A stretch of DNA of 63,979 nucleotides, filler included, from Pirum gemmata (GCA_002812295.1; 7 parts of 7 records of this genome joined end to end with filler, not necessarily neighbours in it); one strand, 5' to 3'. Positions 10,246 through 24,293 are shown, counted from the whole stretch's first letter. Numbers and translations: made by a program. Notes: a model not told the origin generated them from the sequence alone.

Positions 10246-11077
10246 ATAATAACAATAACAATAACCATAACCATAACAATAACAATAACAATAACAATAA
10301 CAATAACAATAACAATAAACAATAACAATGAGCAATACCAATCATAACAACTAACCATACCATTATCAATAAAACACTAACAACAGCTACAATAATAATA
10401 ATAATAATAATAGCAATAGCAAAAACAGTAGCATAACAATAACAATAACAATAACAATAAAAAAAACGATAGCAATAATTATATACCAATAACAATAACA
10501 ATAGCAATAGCAATAAAAATAACAATAAAAATAACAATAACAATAATAGTAACAATAACAATAACAATAACAATAACAATAACAATAACAATAACAATAA
10601 CATTTTAACAATAATAGCTACGTATACCCAATAACAAGAACCATAACTATAATAACTACAACTACATCAACACAATAACCATAACAGTAATAAAAAAAAC
10701 AATAACAGCAACAATAAACTAAACAACAACAATATTAGTATTAATAATAATAATAATATAATATGATAATAAATAATAATAATAAATTGATTAATTAAAT
10801 TAAGTAAATAATGAAGACTAGAAAGTACGATATAATAATTCTAAGACCACTTTTTAAATACCTAGGATTTTTAATTTATTGATCCGTAATTATTGTGTTT
10901 TTCAATTATGGTTAAACTATCAAACGTGTTTGGTTTTTTATACTTAATGTTGTATTTTATAAACAAGTTTAGTTAAACCAGTGCTAAATTAAAGATTGAA
11001 AGGACGACTGTAATGAAATAGACGATAATTCACGGCAAAAAAAAGATGATTCTAAATTATTTAATTTTATTAATTAA

Positions 11078-12214
11078 TTAATTAAAAGGGTATTGTTCAA
11101 AGTTAATATTAATATTTTTAACCAAAATATTATCTGCCATATCAAATATATTGTTTTGTTGTAGCGATACCGGTGATTGAATTGCGTTTGGTATTGTTTC
11201 TTTTGGTAAAGAGTAAACGTTTAAATTTGAAAAGGAGGCTATGGGCAAAGGATGAGAATGTCTTCTTTGCAAAGGTTGCATTGATTGTTGGTTGCTATTG
11301 ATATCGATGTTGATGTTGTTAAGGTTGCTATTAAAATTGTTGTTGTTTTTGTCAATACTGCTGTATATTATGTTGGTGATGGCGTTGCTGTTATATATTA
11401 TGTTGTTGTTGACGTTGTTGTTGTTAACGTTGTTGTTGCTGACGTTGTTGTTGTTGACGTTGTTGTTGTTGACGTTGTTGTTGTTGGCGTTGTTATTATT
11501 ATCCACACTATTGTTGTTGGCGTTGGTATTATCTACAATATGAAGCAAATCCAGTGGGGCACTATAACTCTGAGTTGGTAATTGTAAGGGATTGATTCTT
11601 TTTGACGTCTTTAAAATAAAGGAAGCTGATGGTAAAGATTGCCTGTGTCTTACTTTAGCTGAAGATGATGCTATTGGCCATGGTAATCTGTGTGAGTTTT
11701 GATAGTCTTGGGTTAATTGATCATTGCTTAAATCAAAATCGAACAGAGCAGCCATGTTATTGCTATTATTTTTAATATCAGTACTGGTATTATTACTTTG
11801 TGCATTTTGTCGACCTTCCATTTTAACGGAGTGTTTTAAGCGAATGTGGTTTTTTAAAGAGTTTTCTGAAGAATAATGGCGTCCACAGCCAAAAGAGCAA
11901 GCAATCGATCTTTCTTTTCCTTTTCCTCCTATACTACGAGCAGAGTTTCCACCATTCATACTTTTACTTCTTGTTACAGTGGATTTTGTTTCCAATTCTT
12001 CTATGTAATTGTTATTATTAATTTTTTTATGTACATTATTATTATTAGTATTGATACTTTCAGTACTGCTACTATTGTTAGAGTTATTCAATGTAGCATT
12101 GCTATTGTAAAAGCAACCATTTTGTATATTGTTATTATTATTGTTATGATTATTTTGTAGTAAATGTTGTTTAATTTCATTGACAGTAGCTTCCTCATAA
12201 TTAAAATTAAGCAT
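11078..12214 (-). CDS. Asn-rich single C2H2 zinc-finger protein (putative transcription factor), intronless
   Basis: CSFGCGRHYSSENSLKNHIRLKH. The likely start is MLNFNYEE (ATG 12214); the ORF-track extension to 12367 is AT-microsatellite. Confidence 0.8.
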   Translation of the reverse strand: MLNFNYEEATVNEIKQHLLQNNHNNNNNNIQNGCFYNSNATLNNSNNSSSTESINTNNNNVHKKINNNNYIEELETKSTVTRSKSMNGGNSARSIGGKGKERSIACSFGCGRHYSSENSLKNHIRLKHSVKMEGRQNAQSNNTSTDIKNNSNNMAALFDFDLSNDQLTQDYQNSHRLPWPIASSSAKVRHRQSLPSASFILKTSKRINPLQLPTQSYSAPLDLLHIVDNTNANNNSVDNNNNANNNNVNNNNVNNNNVSNNNVNNNNVNNNIIYNSNAITNIIYSSIDKNNNNFNSNLNNINIDINSNQQSMQPLQRRHSHPLPIASFSNLNVYSLPKETIPNAIQSPVSLQQNNIFDMADNILVKNININFEQYPFN

Positions 12215-12958
12215 CTTTATTATTATTACTATTAAACTATTGTAGCTATTATTATATATTATTATAATTATAATTATTATTATTATATAAAAAAAGAATA
12301 ATTTATTATTATTATTATTTTTATTTTTTATATGTATGTTTTTTGCATTTGCTTCTAATCCAGTCATTTATTTATACCTTTTCTACTCTATGATAAGATA
12401 TATAAAGGGAACCAACCTACTAGCTAGCCACTACTAGTAGCTCTAGCTAGCCTAACTACTAGTAGCTACTCAAGCTAGCTAGTAGACACTTCTAGCTGAA
12501 AAAAAAAAAAAGTGGCAATGCAGTAAAAAATGTATCCCAATCCTGAACCAATAGTAACCAATGTATCTGTAGTTCATAGTGGAAGTGCCCTTAGTTCAAA
12601 AAGTTGGACAAATTGGACGACAATATTAGTATGATAGTCTGTCTGTCTATTCGTCAAAATTTACTCTCAGTAGTCGGAGTGTGTCTGGGATTCTGGCCAA
12701 TACAGTATTGTTTCCAGACTTTCCTCTTTTGTACTCTTTGGTCTAGACTCTAGTAGCTCAGCTACCAGCCTCTTCCTCTAAGAATCCCTTTCTTTTCTGT
12801 TAGGGTTTCTGAACTGTTTCTGTTTTTTATCTATATACAGCTGTCTATATATGGGTATAAAAAAAATAAAAAATAAAAAATAAAAAAAAGTGCTTTTTTG
12901 TAGTCTTTTTGTATATAGTATGACTATAGTATGTAATACACTTTTTTTTTTTTTTTTT

Positions 12959-13014
<56 letters not shown>

Positions 13015-13082
13015 TATAACTTCAGAAAATGCTGCCAGAAAATGACGCTGGCTAATTTCATTCATATTAATAATTGTCAACA

Positions 13083-13280
13083 TATCGTCTATTTCATTGC
13101 AGTTGTCCTCTCAAAATTTAATTAGCTACTGTTTAAATATATAATTGAACTTACTTATAAAATTCAATATTAAATATAAAATACCATTTTTCAAAAATAA
13201 AAATGCCTGATAGTTTAACCATAATAATAATTTAGTCTGTTTATTTCAGTTTTTGAACTGGGCAACACTATTGAAAAACA
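13083..13280. mobile_element. MITE family B copy (others at about 10893-11027, 45126-45190, 56982-57224, 58494-58654)
   Basis: Dispersed ~160-240 bp repeat with imperfect terminal inverted repeats ATCGTCTATTTCA ... TGAAAAACAC(GAT). Confidence 0.7.
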
Positions 13281-13284
13281 CAAC

Positions 13285-13875
13285 TCTACAAAATCAAACA
13301 AAAATGATGTGATAATCGATGAATAATATGTACAATGTGGTGTCTTCAATAATAACGATTCTACAAAATTGAATAGGCTGCACTTGAAACTAATCTAGAA
13401 GAACAATATTATGCACCAAGTGGTGTTTTCAATAATAATAATTCTAAAGTGGTGTTTTCAATAATAATGATTCTAAAGAATCAAACGAAAATGATGTGAT
13501 AATCGATGAATATGTACAATGTGGTGTTTTCAATAATAACAATTCTACAAAATTGAATAGTGAACTAACCAACGAAAATGATGTGATAATCGATGAATAG
13601 GTACAATGTGGTATTTTCAATAATAATCATTATTCAAAATCAAACGTTTGACAACAATAATAAAGATTTTACAAAAATAGATGCATATGATCATACTCCT
13701 AACAGTCCCTAACCCTATAGCTAACCCTAACCATAACCAAAAACCTTAAACTGGAAATAAATCCTAACCCTAAACCTGACCCTAACCTTTTAACCTTAAC
13801 CACCAAGAGTTAGGGTTAGGAGGGTTAGGGTCAGGGTTAGAGTTAGGGTTAGGGTTAGGGTTAGGGTTAGGGTTA
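13285..13875 (+). repeat. Degenerate ~78-bp tandem repeat plus CCCTAA/TTAGGG tracts; inverted relative of 16950-19040
   Basis: Unit aatgatgtgataatcgatgaatatgtacaatgtggtgttttcaataataa. 13336-13445 matches the reverse complement of about 18830-18960. Confidence 0.8.
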
Positions 13876-14765
13876 TGCCTCAGGATTATGACTCATGGTC
13901 ATACTAGACAACAGTTACTAGACCCCAGTCTATATAAAAATTTTACTAATTCTGATTTAGAACTTATTACAGATTGTATTGGTGTTGTTAACACTAGTAC
14001 TACTACTACTGCTAGCTAGGCAGTACTAGTAGACTACTACTAGCTAGTACCCTAACCCTAACCCTAACCCTAACTGCCAGTAGTCTATGATATGTTAGAT
14101 TAATTAATAATAGGGTTAGTTTAGTGACCGTTAGTCTAACAGTGTCTACCTAGCTAGCTAGAGTGTTATATAATTAGGTTAGGGTACTTTACCGTAGGGT
14201 TAGGTTAGTCTAGCAGTGTCTGTCTAGCTAGCTAGCTAGGGTTTTAAATTACAATTTAATTTTTTAATTTAAAAGTTAGCGTTAGTTTATAATTAAAATT
14301 TACGGTTAGCTATAGGTTAGGGTTAGGATGATTAGGTTAGGGTTAGGGTAGACTACCAGTAGTCAATGTTAGATTAATAATAGGGTTAGGTTAGTCTAAC
14401 ACTAGCTAGCTAGGGTTATAATTAGGTTGGCGTTATTGATAGTTAAAAGTTATGATTAGGTTAGGGTTAGGATGATTAGGTTAGGGTTAGAGTTCAGGTT
14501 AGTGTTAAGTATAAACAGGGTTAGCTATAGCTAGGTTTAGGTTTTTTTTAATAAATTTTGTTGTTTGTTGTTTGGCGCTGTGCCGTTTCCCCTTTTAGTA
14601 GTCTCTAGTTCAGAGTGTTTTAGTCTACGGAAATTAAAATTCATTGTATTTTATAATCACGGAGTATCACGGCTAGCTAGCTAGCTAGGTTACAACTCTG
14701 GAGAGTTTTACAACTTACAACTTTAATTAACACCATGAATATGATACTATTCATACAAACGCCAA

Positions 14766-14922
14766 ATCGTGCTTTTCAGTTGTTTTATCATCATAAAATA
14801 TACTATAAAGAGTACCAAATTAATATATTATATTATCTATTTATTCATTTAAAAATATCAACTTAAATATTATAACCAACCAAATAAATATTCAGGGTGA
14901 CAAAATAAACGAAAAGCACAAT
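14766..14922. mobile_element. MITE family A copy
   Basis: TIRs ATCGTGCTTTTCAGTTGTTTT(G)TCA ... TGACAAAATAAA(T)GAAAAGCACAAT; about 11 copies in the window. Confidence 0.85.
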
Positions 14923-15157
14923 ATATTAAATAGATGATATTTTCTTTTACAAGTCTAAAGACTTGTAAAAAAGACTTGTAATTTGTAAAATCATTTCTCG
15001 ACGAGCTGATTATTATGATTTAAAATAGGCGACAGTGCCCTGCTGCCCCTGCAACACCCAAGTCAGATATCTAATACTAGCTAGTCTACTGTCCGTCAGA
15101 TTGATCTCATTTTTATATACAAGTAGCACGTGCACTGTAGTATTACTACAGCAAATA

Positions 15158-15325
15158 TAGTGCAAACAATCTAAAAACCTCCTACTAGTTATAAGGCCTA
15201 CCTTTTTTTTTTTTTATGAGTGAAAATTTCAAATCTATATTAAATACTATTACATTACTTATGTTCGAAAACTGAAAATTCTAGTGAAACCCAAAAGTTG
15301 GACGTTTTTAAATTGTTTTCACCAT
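15158..15325. mobile_element. MITE family C copy (second copy at about 23703-23882)
   Basis: Imperfect ~25-bp TIRs GTGCAAACAATCTAAAAAC... / ...GACGTTTTTAAATTGTTTTCAC and shared internal sequence (GAAAACT.AAAATTCTAGTGAAAC). Confidence 0.65.
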
Positions 15326-15640
15326 AACGAGTAGACGAGTAGCTACATAAAAAGATATATTATCATATAATATTATCAGTATATATTATCATAGCTTGCG
15401 TTTATTATGTCACACTGAATATTTATTATCAGTATATATTATCATAGCTTGCGTTTATTATGTCACACTGAATATTTATTTGGAGGGTTATAGGTTTGAA
15501 ATTTTCGGACATATGATAGCACTTTAATTAGTAAAAAAAAGTAGGACGTTTTTAGAGGGTTTGCATCATAGAAGAGTTCTAGAAGAGTTCTAGCTAGAAG
15601 CTAGCTAGAGCTCAGTCCTAATTAGTATTTTAAAAAAAAG

Positions 15641-16062
15641 TGTGGGTGGTTTTGTCATCATAAAGCATACAATATAAATCCATTTAATTTAATTTGGTAT
15701 ATTTTATTATATATTTATTTATTTAAAAGTATCAATTTAAATATTATAAACAACCAAATAAATATTCGGAGTGACAAAATAAATGAAAAGCACTATACAT
15801 AGAGAGAATCATAGTCATTAATTCTTTATTTTGACAAGTCTCTACTAGAGTCTATCACCCTATGAAGATAATTATAGCGCTTTTCATTTATTTTGTCACT
15901 CCGAATATTATTTGGTTGGTTATAATTTTTAAATTGACATTGTTATTAACTGAATAAATGGATAATAAAATATGCCAAATTAAATGAAATGGATTTATAT
16001 TGTATTAATTTGGTACTCTTTATGATATACTTTAGGATGACAAAACAACTGAAAAGCACGAT
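15641..16062. mobile_element. Two MITE family A copies in opposite orientation (15641-15795, 15876-16062)
   Basis: Same internal sequence and TIRs as 14766-14922. Confidence 0.8.
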
Positions 16063-16949
16063 AGATGGTACTAAAATTATTTTAATATTTTACAATACAT
16101 ATTATTATTATAACTATTAGTTATTTATTTATTAGAGTAGTCTAGTTAGTTTCATATTTATTCTAAAGACCACCTAGCTGGCTATCATTACACATATACA
16201 TTACCGTATATAGATTATATAGTACTAAAAAGAAAACACCCAAAAACCACAAATCCAATGTTTGGACAAAAACAAAAACAAAAAAAATAATAAAATAAAA
16301 AAGCATGACAAATCATTGGACAAATACTAAAAAAGTAGAATATCGATTTCTTTGAAATAATATGGACTAATATAATATGGCTATGGCAAATAGTGAAAAC
16401 TATATAATGAAAAACTACCAATGAAACCCAAGTATGGATAGGGAGGTTTGGGTAGTTTGGGTTATGATAGGTTGTTTGGATATCAATGTTTTGTTTTTTT
16501 CCTTTTTTGGGGGATTTGCGTCTTTAGTGATGTGTGTAGTTTCCGTTTTAGTGTGTACAAGGGTTGAACAGTTGAACCCCTTGCGCGGAGTCCTGGTTGT
16601 GTTACCTGTCTGGCTATATTTAGGTATTTAGACCTGTTTTGGGGGTCGAGACCATTTTGATCTTTTACTTGTAGCCTATAATATGTAAAGGAAATAAGGT
16701 TCCTGGACAATAGCCAATGTAACCATAGCGTAGCACACTCATAATACAATTACCAATCACGTCTGTTTTTATAGCTTCTGGAAGTTTTCTGAACTAATCA
16801 ATTAGAAGTATACCTAGGACCACTCTATATATAGTAAAATACTACATGTATGTATACCTGGGGTTGAGGTTGAGAACTTGAGGGGGTTGGAACTTGGGGA
16901 GAGTTATTGTTATTATTATTATTATTCATCCATGATTACTTTTATATGA

Positions 16950-19040
16950 TAGAATCATTATTTTTATTTTTTATATATTATTCATCGATTATCACACCAT
17001 TTTCGTTTGATTTTTAAAATTATTATTATTGAAACTACCACATTGTTCATACATATTATTATTGAAACTACGACATTGTACATACACATCTATTTTCACA
17101 TCGTTTTAGGTTTGAGGGATAAGGTTAAGGTTAGAGTTATGGTTAGGGTTAGGGTTAGGATTTATCTCAAGTTTAAGATTTATGGTTGTTGTTAGGGTTA
17201 GGGTTAGGGGTACAATCATTTATGTTTGATTTTGTAGAATCATTATTATTATTGAACTACGTATACCACTTTGTATAATATGTTAATTGATTATCACACC
17301 ATTTTCGTTTGATTTTTAGAATCATTATTATCGAAACTACCACTTTATGCATACTCATCTATTTTCACACCCATTCTCGTTTCAGGTTTGGTGGTTAAGG
17401 TTAGGGTTAGGGTTAGGGTTAGGGTTAGGGTTTATTTCAAGTTTACGGTTTATGGTTAGGGTTAGGGTTAGGGGTGCAATCATTTATGTTTGATTTTGTA
17501 GAATCATTATCATTACTGAACTACGTATATAATAGTTATATAATGTTAATCGATTATCACACCATTTTCGTTTGATTTTTAGAATCATTATTATTGAAAC
17601 TACCACCTTATACATATTCATCTATTTTCACACCCATTCTCGTTTCAGGTTTGGTGGTTAAGGTTAAGTAAGGTTAAGGTTAGGGTTGCGTTAGGGTTAG
17701 TATTTATTTCAAGTTTATGGTTTATGGTTAGGGTTGGGGTTAGGGTTAGGGGTAAGGTTAGGGTTAGGGGTAAGGTTAGGGTTAGGGGTAAGGTTAGGGT
17801 TGGGTTTAAAATATATAGATAAAATAAATTGTGCAATAAATTTTTATTTTGCTAAAAAATGTTGTAAAATAATATACATTTGATATTTAGCAGTTTAAAA
17901 GCATAAATAAAGACAATAACAACGTTATTACCTCTACTTATACCTATTTCTTTATTAATTAAAATATAATTTATTATTATTATAAAATAATATTATATCA
18001 TAATATGTTGGGGTAACATATGAATTATAACAACAAGCTCCTTTTACAACAATCATTTATGTTTGATTTTGTAGAATCATTATCATTATTAAACTACATA
18101 TACCACTTTGTATATAATAGTTATAATGTTAATCGATTAGCACACCATTTTCGTTTGATTTTTAGAATCATTAGTATTGAAACTACCACCTTATACATAC
18201 GCATCTATTTTCACACCCATTCTCGTTTCAGGTTTGGTGGTCAAGGTTAAGGTTGGGGTTAGGGTTAGGGTTAGGATTTATTTCAAGTCTAAGGCTGGTT
18301 TAGGGTTAGGGTTAGGGTTAGGGGTACAATCATTTATGTTTGATTTTGTAGAATCATTATCATTATTAAACTACGTATACCACTTGTATATAATAGTTAT
18401 ATAATGTTAATCGATTATCACACCATTTTCGTTTGATTTTTAGAATCATTATTATTGAAACTACCACCTTATACATACTCATCTATTTTCACACCCATTC
18501 TCGTTTCAGGTTTGGTGGTTTTAAGGTTAGTTAGGGTTAGGGTTAGGATTTATTTCAAGTTTATGGTTTATGGTTAGGGTTAGGGTTAGGGTTGGGGTTA
18601 GAGGTACAATCATTTATGTTTGATTTTGTAAAATCATTATTATTGTTGAAACTACATATACGACTTTGTGTATAATGCTCATCGATTATCACACCATTTT
18701 CGTTTGATTTTTTAGAACCATTAATATTGAAACTACCACATTATACATGTTTGATTTTGAATAATGATTATTATTGAAAATACTACATTGTACATATTCA
18801 TCAATTGGCACATCATTTTGATTTTTTGGAATCATTATTATTGAAAACACCACTTGGTGCATAACATTGTTCTTCTAGATTAGTTTCAAGCACAGGCTTT
18901 TCGTTGGTTATTTCACTATTCAATTTTGTACAATCGTTATTATTGAAGACACCACATTGTACATATTCATCGATTATCACATCCTTTTTGTTTGATTTTG
19001 TAGAATCAATATTATTGAAAGTGTCACTTGGTTCATAATA
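16950..19040. repeat. Complex satellite, ~265-280-bp units each containing two (TTAGGG)n tracts
   Basis: Unit start CAATCATTTATGTTTGATTTTGTA at 17213, 17477, 18050, 18327 and 18607. Confidence 0.9.
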
Positions 19041-19185
19041 TTGCTTATTTATTATTATTATTTATTTATTATTATTTATTATTATTTATTATTATTTATT
19101 ATTATTTACTAGTATTTTCATTTTTATTATTGTAGTTAGTATGTAAATTTCCTGTCCCCTGCATGTCTACTCCAATTGTACCTAT

Positions 19186-19220
<35 letters not shown>

Positions 19221-21471
19221 NNNNNNNNNNNNNNNNNNNNNNNNNNNNNNNNNNNNNNNNNNNNTTAATTAATTAANNNNNNNNNNNNNNNNNNNNNNNN
19301 NNNNNNNNNNNNNNNNNNNNGGGGGTCTATATCATATCGATATGATATCATAATAGACTATTAGTAGGTCTACTAGCTAGCTAGACCCCCCGGCCTAGGT
19401 CTCATGATTTTTTTTTTTATGAAATAAATCGTTAAAAAAAATATAACTTCATTTATTAATCTGGTACATTTTAATATTATTATCTATTCATTCAATTAAA
19501 AATGTCAATTTAAAGGTTATAAAGCACAGCAAATTAATATTCAACAAAATAAATAATATCATATATTATCATTTCAGTGCACACTGTATATATACAGATA
19601 TATATATATTATATTATCATACTTTGTGTTTACTTTGTGCGTCATAAAAAAATAGAAAGAAACAAAGCAAAAAGAAAATGAAAAATCATTTTTACTGGTT
19701 AATCAAATAAGCAATTTTTCATTTTTATAAATTGTGGCTTGCTCGTAGACGAGTGCGAGGTTGCGAGCTACGCCACAAAAAAAGTTTCTCGCTGGATATA
19801 AATTTTTATTGATAGAAAAAATAATAAAACTAGAATAATAAAATTAATCAAGGAATTGTTTTGTCATCATAAAATAGCTCCAAATTAATACAATATAAAT
19901 CCATTTAATTTATTTTCGTATATTTTATTATATATGTATTGATTTAAAAATGTCAATTTAAATATTATAACCCTCCAAATAAATATTCGGAGTGACAAAA
20001 TAAATGAAATGATAAAAGTCTGATATTAAAATTTAATGTCCTAGGATAAAATTTAATGTCGTAAATAAATTATTACTTTATTTGCTTTTTAACAGTCGCC
20101 CAAAAAGTTTCAAATTATTGATTTGTTTGTGTGCTAGTTTCAAACTTTCAGTGGGCAGTTTGTGGCCAAAAGAGATTTGAGCCACAAACTAATTATAGTT
20201 AATTAACCCATTTTGCGAGCTTGAAAAAACAATAAATCTCGGATCAAAATAAAAAACTATGCAATGTGCATCTAATATACAACACAATACGTAGCTAGAA
20301 ACTGTGACATATTTTTACAAAACTATGAGACCTACGACTGGTAGGTCGGATATGTTAGGTCTATGATACATGTGTTATAAATATAAACTTTCACTGCAGG
20401 GTATGCTCATTTTCTATATCAGTGCTCAGTACCATAACCTTTTATTATTATATAATTATTATGATATTATTATTATAATATATACTAACTTCGCATAAAT
20501 AATTATAAAACATTCATGATCACATAGTAATTATAACGTTAACTAGTGTTATAATATAAAAGCTAATGTTAATTAATTAATATTATCCTATAATAACTCA
20601 CAATATTGATTAAGATTAATAATAATTATCCATAATTATACGTATACTAATGAGGCCAAATAATTATATAGTTAACGTTGTACAGTACATGTAGCACATT
20701 ATTATGCAGTACTGTTAATAATACTATAATTAATTATATAGTTGCAGTGGCTATACAATAGTATATTATATATATAGTATAATACTATAGTTAGTATTAA
20801 ATACCATAGTAGTACCTATAGTAACAGTTGCTGCTGTTGTTGTTAATGTTGTTTTTGCAGATCTGTAATATAGCTATAGCTAATAATCATCTATAATGTT
20901 ATATATATTACATACAAATTAAACATATAACCTTTCAAAGTAATATGTTAGTGCTAATAATATTATTAATAACATAATTAATATTTTAAAATAAATATTA
21001 TAGTATTTTGTATTTTTCACTGTAGCTGATCCTCAATTTCTCTCACAGCTTCTACAAGTTCTCAGTGATTCTAAGAAGCAGATGTATCATGTTAGGAAGC
21101 AGATGAAGCAGATGAGTCTGTTGAGTGGGTTTTCTCCAGCAGAGCATGACTAGGACCAACCAGAATTTAGTATTTCTTTTTTTGAAAAAATATCAAGCCT
21201 ATCATTCGTTTTTACTTCTTGCTACAGGAAGCTATGGGGATTTTTTATTGGAGTATATATTTTAAGAAAACACTTTTTTAATTATACAACCAATAATATG
21301 ATATTTTTTAAAAAAAAGAATTGTGATCTGGTCCACTCGAGTCTGGGTTGGAAACTTGGAAATTGGAATTGATTTATTGATATCATAGAGGCCCTAGCTA
21401 GTAGCTAGTTGGCTAGCTATTCTAGGCAAAGTATAGCTCTAGGCTGTCCAGTTTGGGGTCTGGTCTGTAGA

Positions 21472-21757
21472 CTTCTCCGAATTCTGCCCCTAAAACTCAG
21501 CTTTCTTCTGCCCCGAAAAGCTCGATTTGACCAGAATTTCTGGTCTGTTTGGTCTGTTTGAAATTAATTGTTTCGAGTTTATTAATAAATAGATATATTT
21601 GAAAATTTCGAGTTTATATTTTTATGGTGGTAGAATCCTAGTGGTAGAATCACTCCTTTTTTTTTTTTTTTTTTTCGAGTTAGAGAGGAAAAACACCATT
21701 AAATTTTTGTCATTTCTCGAAAAAGGCCAAATTCTGCCCGGGCAGAATTCGGAGAAG
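21472..21757. mobile_element. Non-autonomous TIR element (family D) with perfect 18-bp TIRs
   Basis: CTTCTCCGAATTCTGCCC (21472-21489) / GGGCAGAATTCGGAGAAG (21740-21757), plus internal subterminal TTCTGCCC copies. Confidence 0.7.
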
Positions 21758-23230
21758 CTACTAGCTAGCTATGATTTACGAACTAGCAATATTTATGAAC
21801 TTTGTATGATATGCATATCATAATACATTGATAAATAATCATATTATCATGGTATCTAGTCTAATTGCGATAATGTACCCAAGGAGTTCAAGAAAAGGTT
21901 AGGGTTAGGGTTAGGGTAAGGGTTAGGGTAAGTTAGGGTCAGGGTAATATCGTACAATAATGATGCTACTGTAGCTAGCTAGTAGTAGCTAGCTAGCTAA
22001 GTAGATGATAGTAGTATGACAGTCTAGCTAGCTAGCTAGCTACTCTAGCTAGTCACTACTAGCTAGCCTACGCTAGCTAAAAAAAAAAAAGCTGACTCAG
22101 GAACCTTTGATTCTATGAGTGTGCTAGCTAGCTAGCTACTACTGGTAGCTAGCTTATCTATCATATATAGTAGACAGACTATATCGATATTATTTATTGA
22201 TATATATCGATAAAAATAAATAATAATAAATTATACATAATATTATGATAATATTATTGATATATATTGATAATAATTAGGCTTGGTAGACATCATAGAA
22301 GTACTATCAGATATAATAGAGTTTATATTAGAAGTATCGATAAAATAAAAAAAAACAATATCGATAGATGCCCTGGTAGCATCTATGATAATATATCAAA
22401 AGATATAGATAATAATAAAATTATATAATATTATAATATAAATGATATATATCGAATAAATTGATAATAATAATTATATACAACTTATATTATAAATATA
22501 TTATACAGATGATATATAAACGAATTTAAAATTTAGATAATTAGGTTTAGGTATTAATTAATATTGTTTTTATTAAATAAGATGACTTCTTCTTCATAAA
22601 CAGAGAAAATGTCATTTATATTAGCCTGGGCCTACATACATGCATATACTAGCATACAGTGTTAGCATATTATAGTAGTAAATCTAGACTGCAGTAGTAC
22701 ATAAATTATTATACCATATATGCCTGTTCTGAATGTTCTTTATAAATGTCTCTATATTAATTAATAGTTTGTTCCTATTGTTTATAATATTTTGTTCTGA
22801 AGAAAAAATGACACCGAAAACTGGAGTTTAAATTTGAATGAGTATTAATACTACTTACTTTAAGGTATGTCATCAACTTATCATCATAAGGTATAATAAT
22901 ATCATCTGTATTTCAAAACGAATATGTATTCCTATTTTTAACTCATTTTATTGATTTTATTATTATGATAATTTAATAATCCTTGTTTATTTATAAGTAG
23001 ATATTAATATGATATAGTTTCTCCTTCAAATGGTAGATAACAGGAAAATTCATGAAAAAATAAATGAAAAATCAGGAAAAATCGCACAGAAAAAAGCAGA
23101 AAATATTCAGAAAAATTGAGAAAATACAAGTGAAAATACAGCACCCTGAAAAATTTATTTTTTTGTGTAAATATCGCACTGAAAATTCGGTTTCTATAAA
23201 TACTAGACTATATAATTATCACGGATATTC

Positions 23231-23416
23231 TATGTGCTTTTCATTTATTTTGACACTCTGAATATTTATTTGGAGGGTTATAATCTTTAAATTGATATTT
23301 TTAAATCAATAAGTAGATAATAAAATATACCAAATTAAATAAAATGGATTTATATTGTAGTAATTTGGTATTATTTATTGTTTATTTTATAATGACAAAA
23401 CAAATGAAAAGCACTA
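23231..23416. mobile_element. MITE family A copy (reverse)
   Basis: TIRs and internal sequence of family A. Confidence 0.8.
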
Positions 23417-23939
23417 TATAATTTAAAATTGCTGGTGGGAGGTATGAGCGTGGTTTTTTTTTTTTTAGACTTTTTAAAAAACTTATCTACCAAATAAGGA
23501 CATAGCTTTTGGCAACTGGAAAGTAAAATAAAAATCTACCAAATAAAACCTATAAACTTCACATTTAATTAATTTGGCATGTTTTTTTCTTATTTAAAAA
23601 TTTTAAAAAGCTCAATTATTAATTTTAAAAAATACCAAAATAAAAAAAATTGAAGTGACGAATCTACTACTACTAGTAGTAGTAGCTAGAAATCAACCAC
23701 AACGGTGCAAATTATCTAAAAACGCCCTACTTTTTTTTACTAAGTCCTACCTTTATTTTTTATGTTCGAATGTTTCAAACCTATAACATTCCTATTACGT
23801 TACTTATATTTGAAAACTAAAAATTCTAGTGAAACTCTAAAACTACTCTAAAGTTGGGTCGTTTTTACATTATTTGTACCATAGCTAGTAGTCTGTCTAC
23901 CAGGTGTGAAGCAGATTCCGCGAACCAAAATCAGAGTAG

Positions 23940-24154
23940 TAGGGGTGAGATGACGTCATTTTATTATTACCGAACAGCTGCCGAAACTTTTCCGATTTTA
24001 TGGTTTTCATTACTATTAATGTTTTAAGATAATTAATTACTTTAATTGGTATCTACTGTAATTAGATTTACTATTTTAAGCTATTTAACTGCCATTATTA
24101 GCAATAAACATAAGCATCTGTTCGAAAAAAGTTCCAGTAGATATCTCACCCCTA
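23940..24154. mobile_element. Non-autonomous TIR element (family E) with 12-bp TIRs TAGGGGTGAGAT
   Basis: TAGGGGTGAGAT 23940-23951 / ATCTCACCCCTA 24143-24154, with inner inverted motif CGAACAGCTGC / GCATCTGTTCG. A related start occurs at about 28813-28830. Confidence 0.6.
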
Positions 24155-24293
24155 TTATCAGAGTTCTCTACGGTGAGTATGATATCACAGAACACCAGTC
24201 TACTATAGCAATGGGTTAGGGTTAGGTAAAATAATAATAATAAATTAAAAAATTCTTATGATCGCTACTACTAGTACTAGTAGCTAGCTAGCC

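Noticed and set aside
10015..10611. Poly-L/poly-CY/poly-N ORFs (also 17007-18404, 25524-25736, 36267-36497, 46329-46608, 47267-47491)
   Set aside because: Translations of microsatellites, telomeric repeats or homopolymers.
16434..16760. 88-aa minus-strand ORF and CCAAT-containing segment
   Set aside because: Non-ATG start, no motif, no splice support.
16950..19040. CRISPR-like repeat/spacer array
   Set aside because: Whole units are homologous (no unique spacers), the context is eukaryotic, and there are no cas genes.
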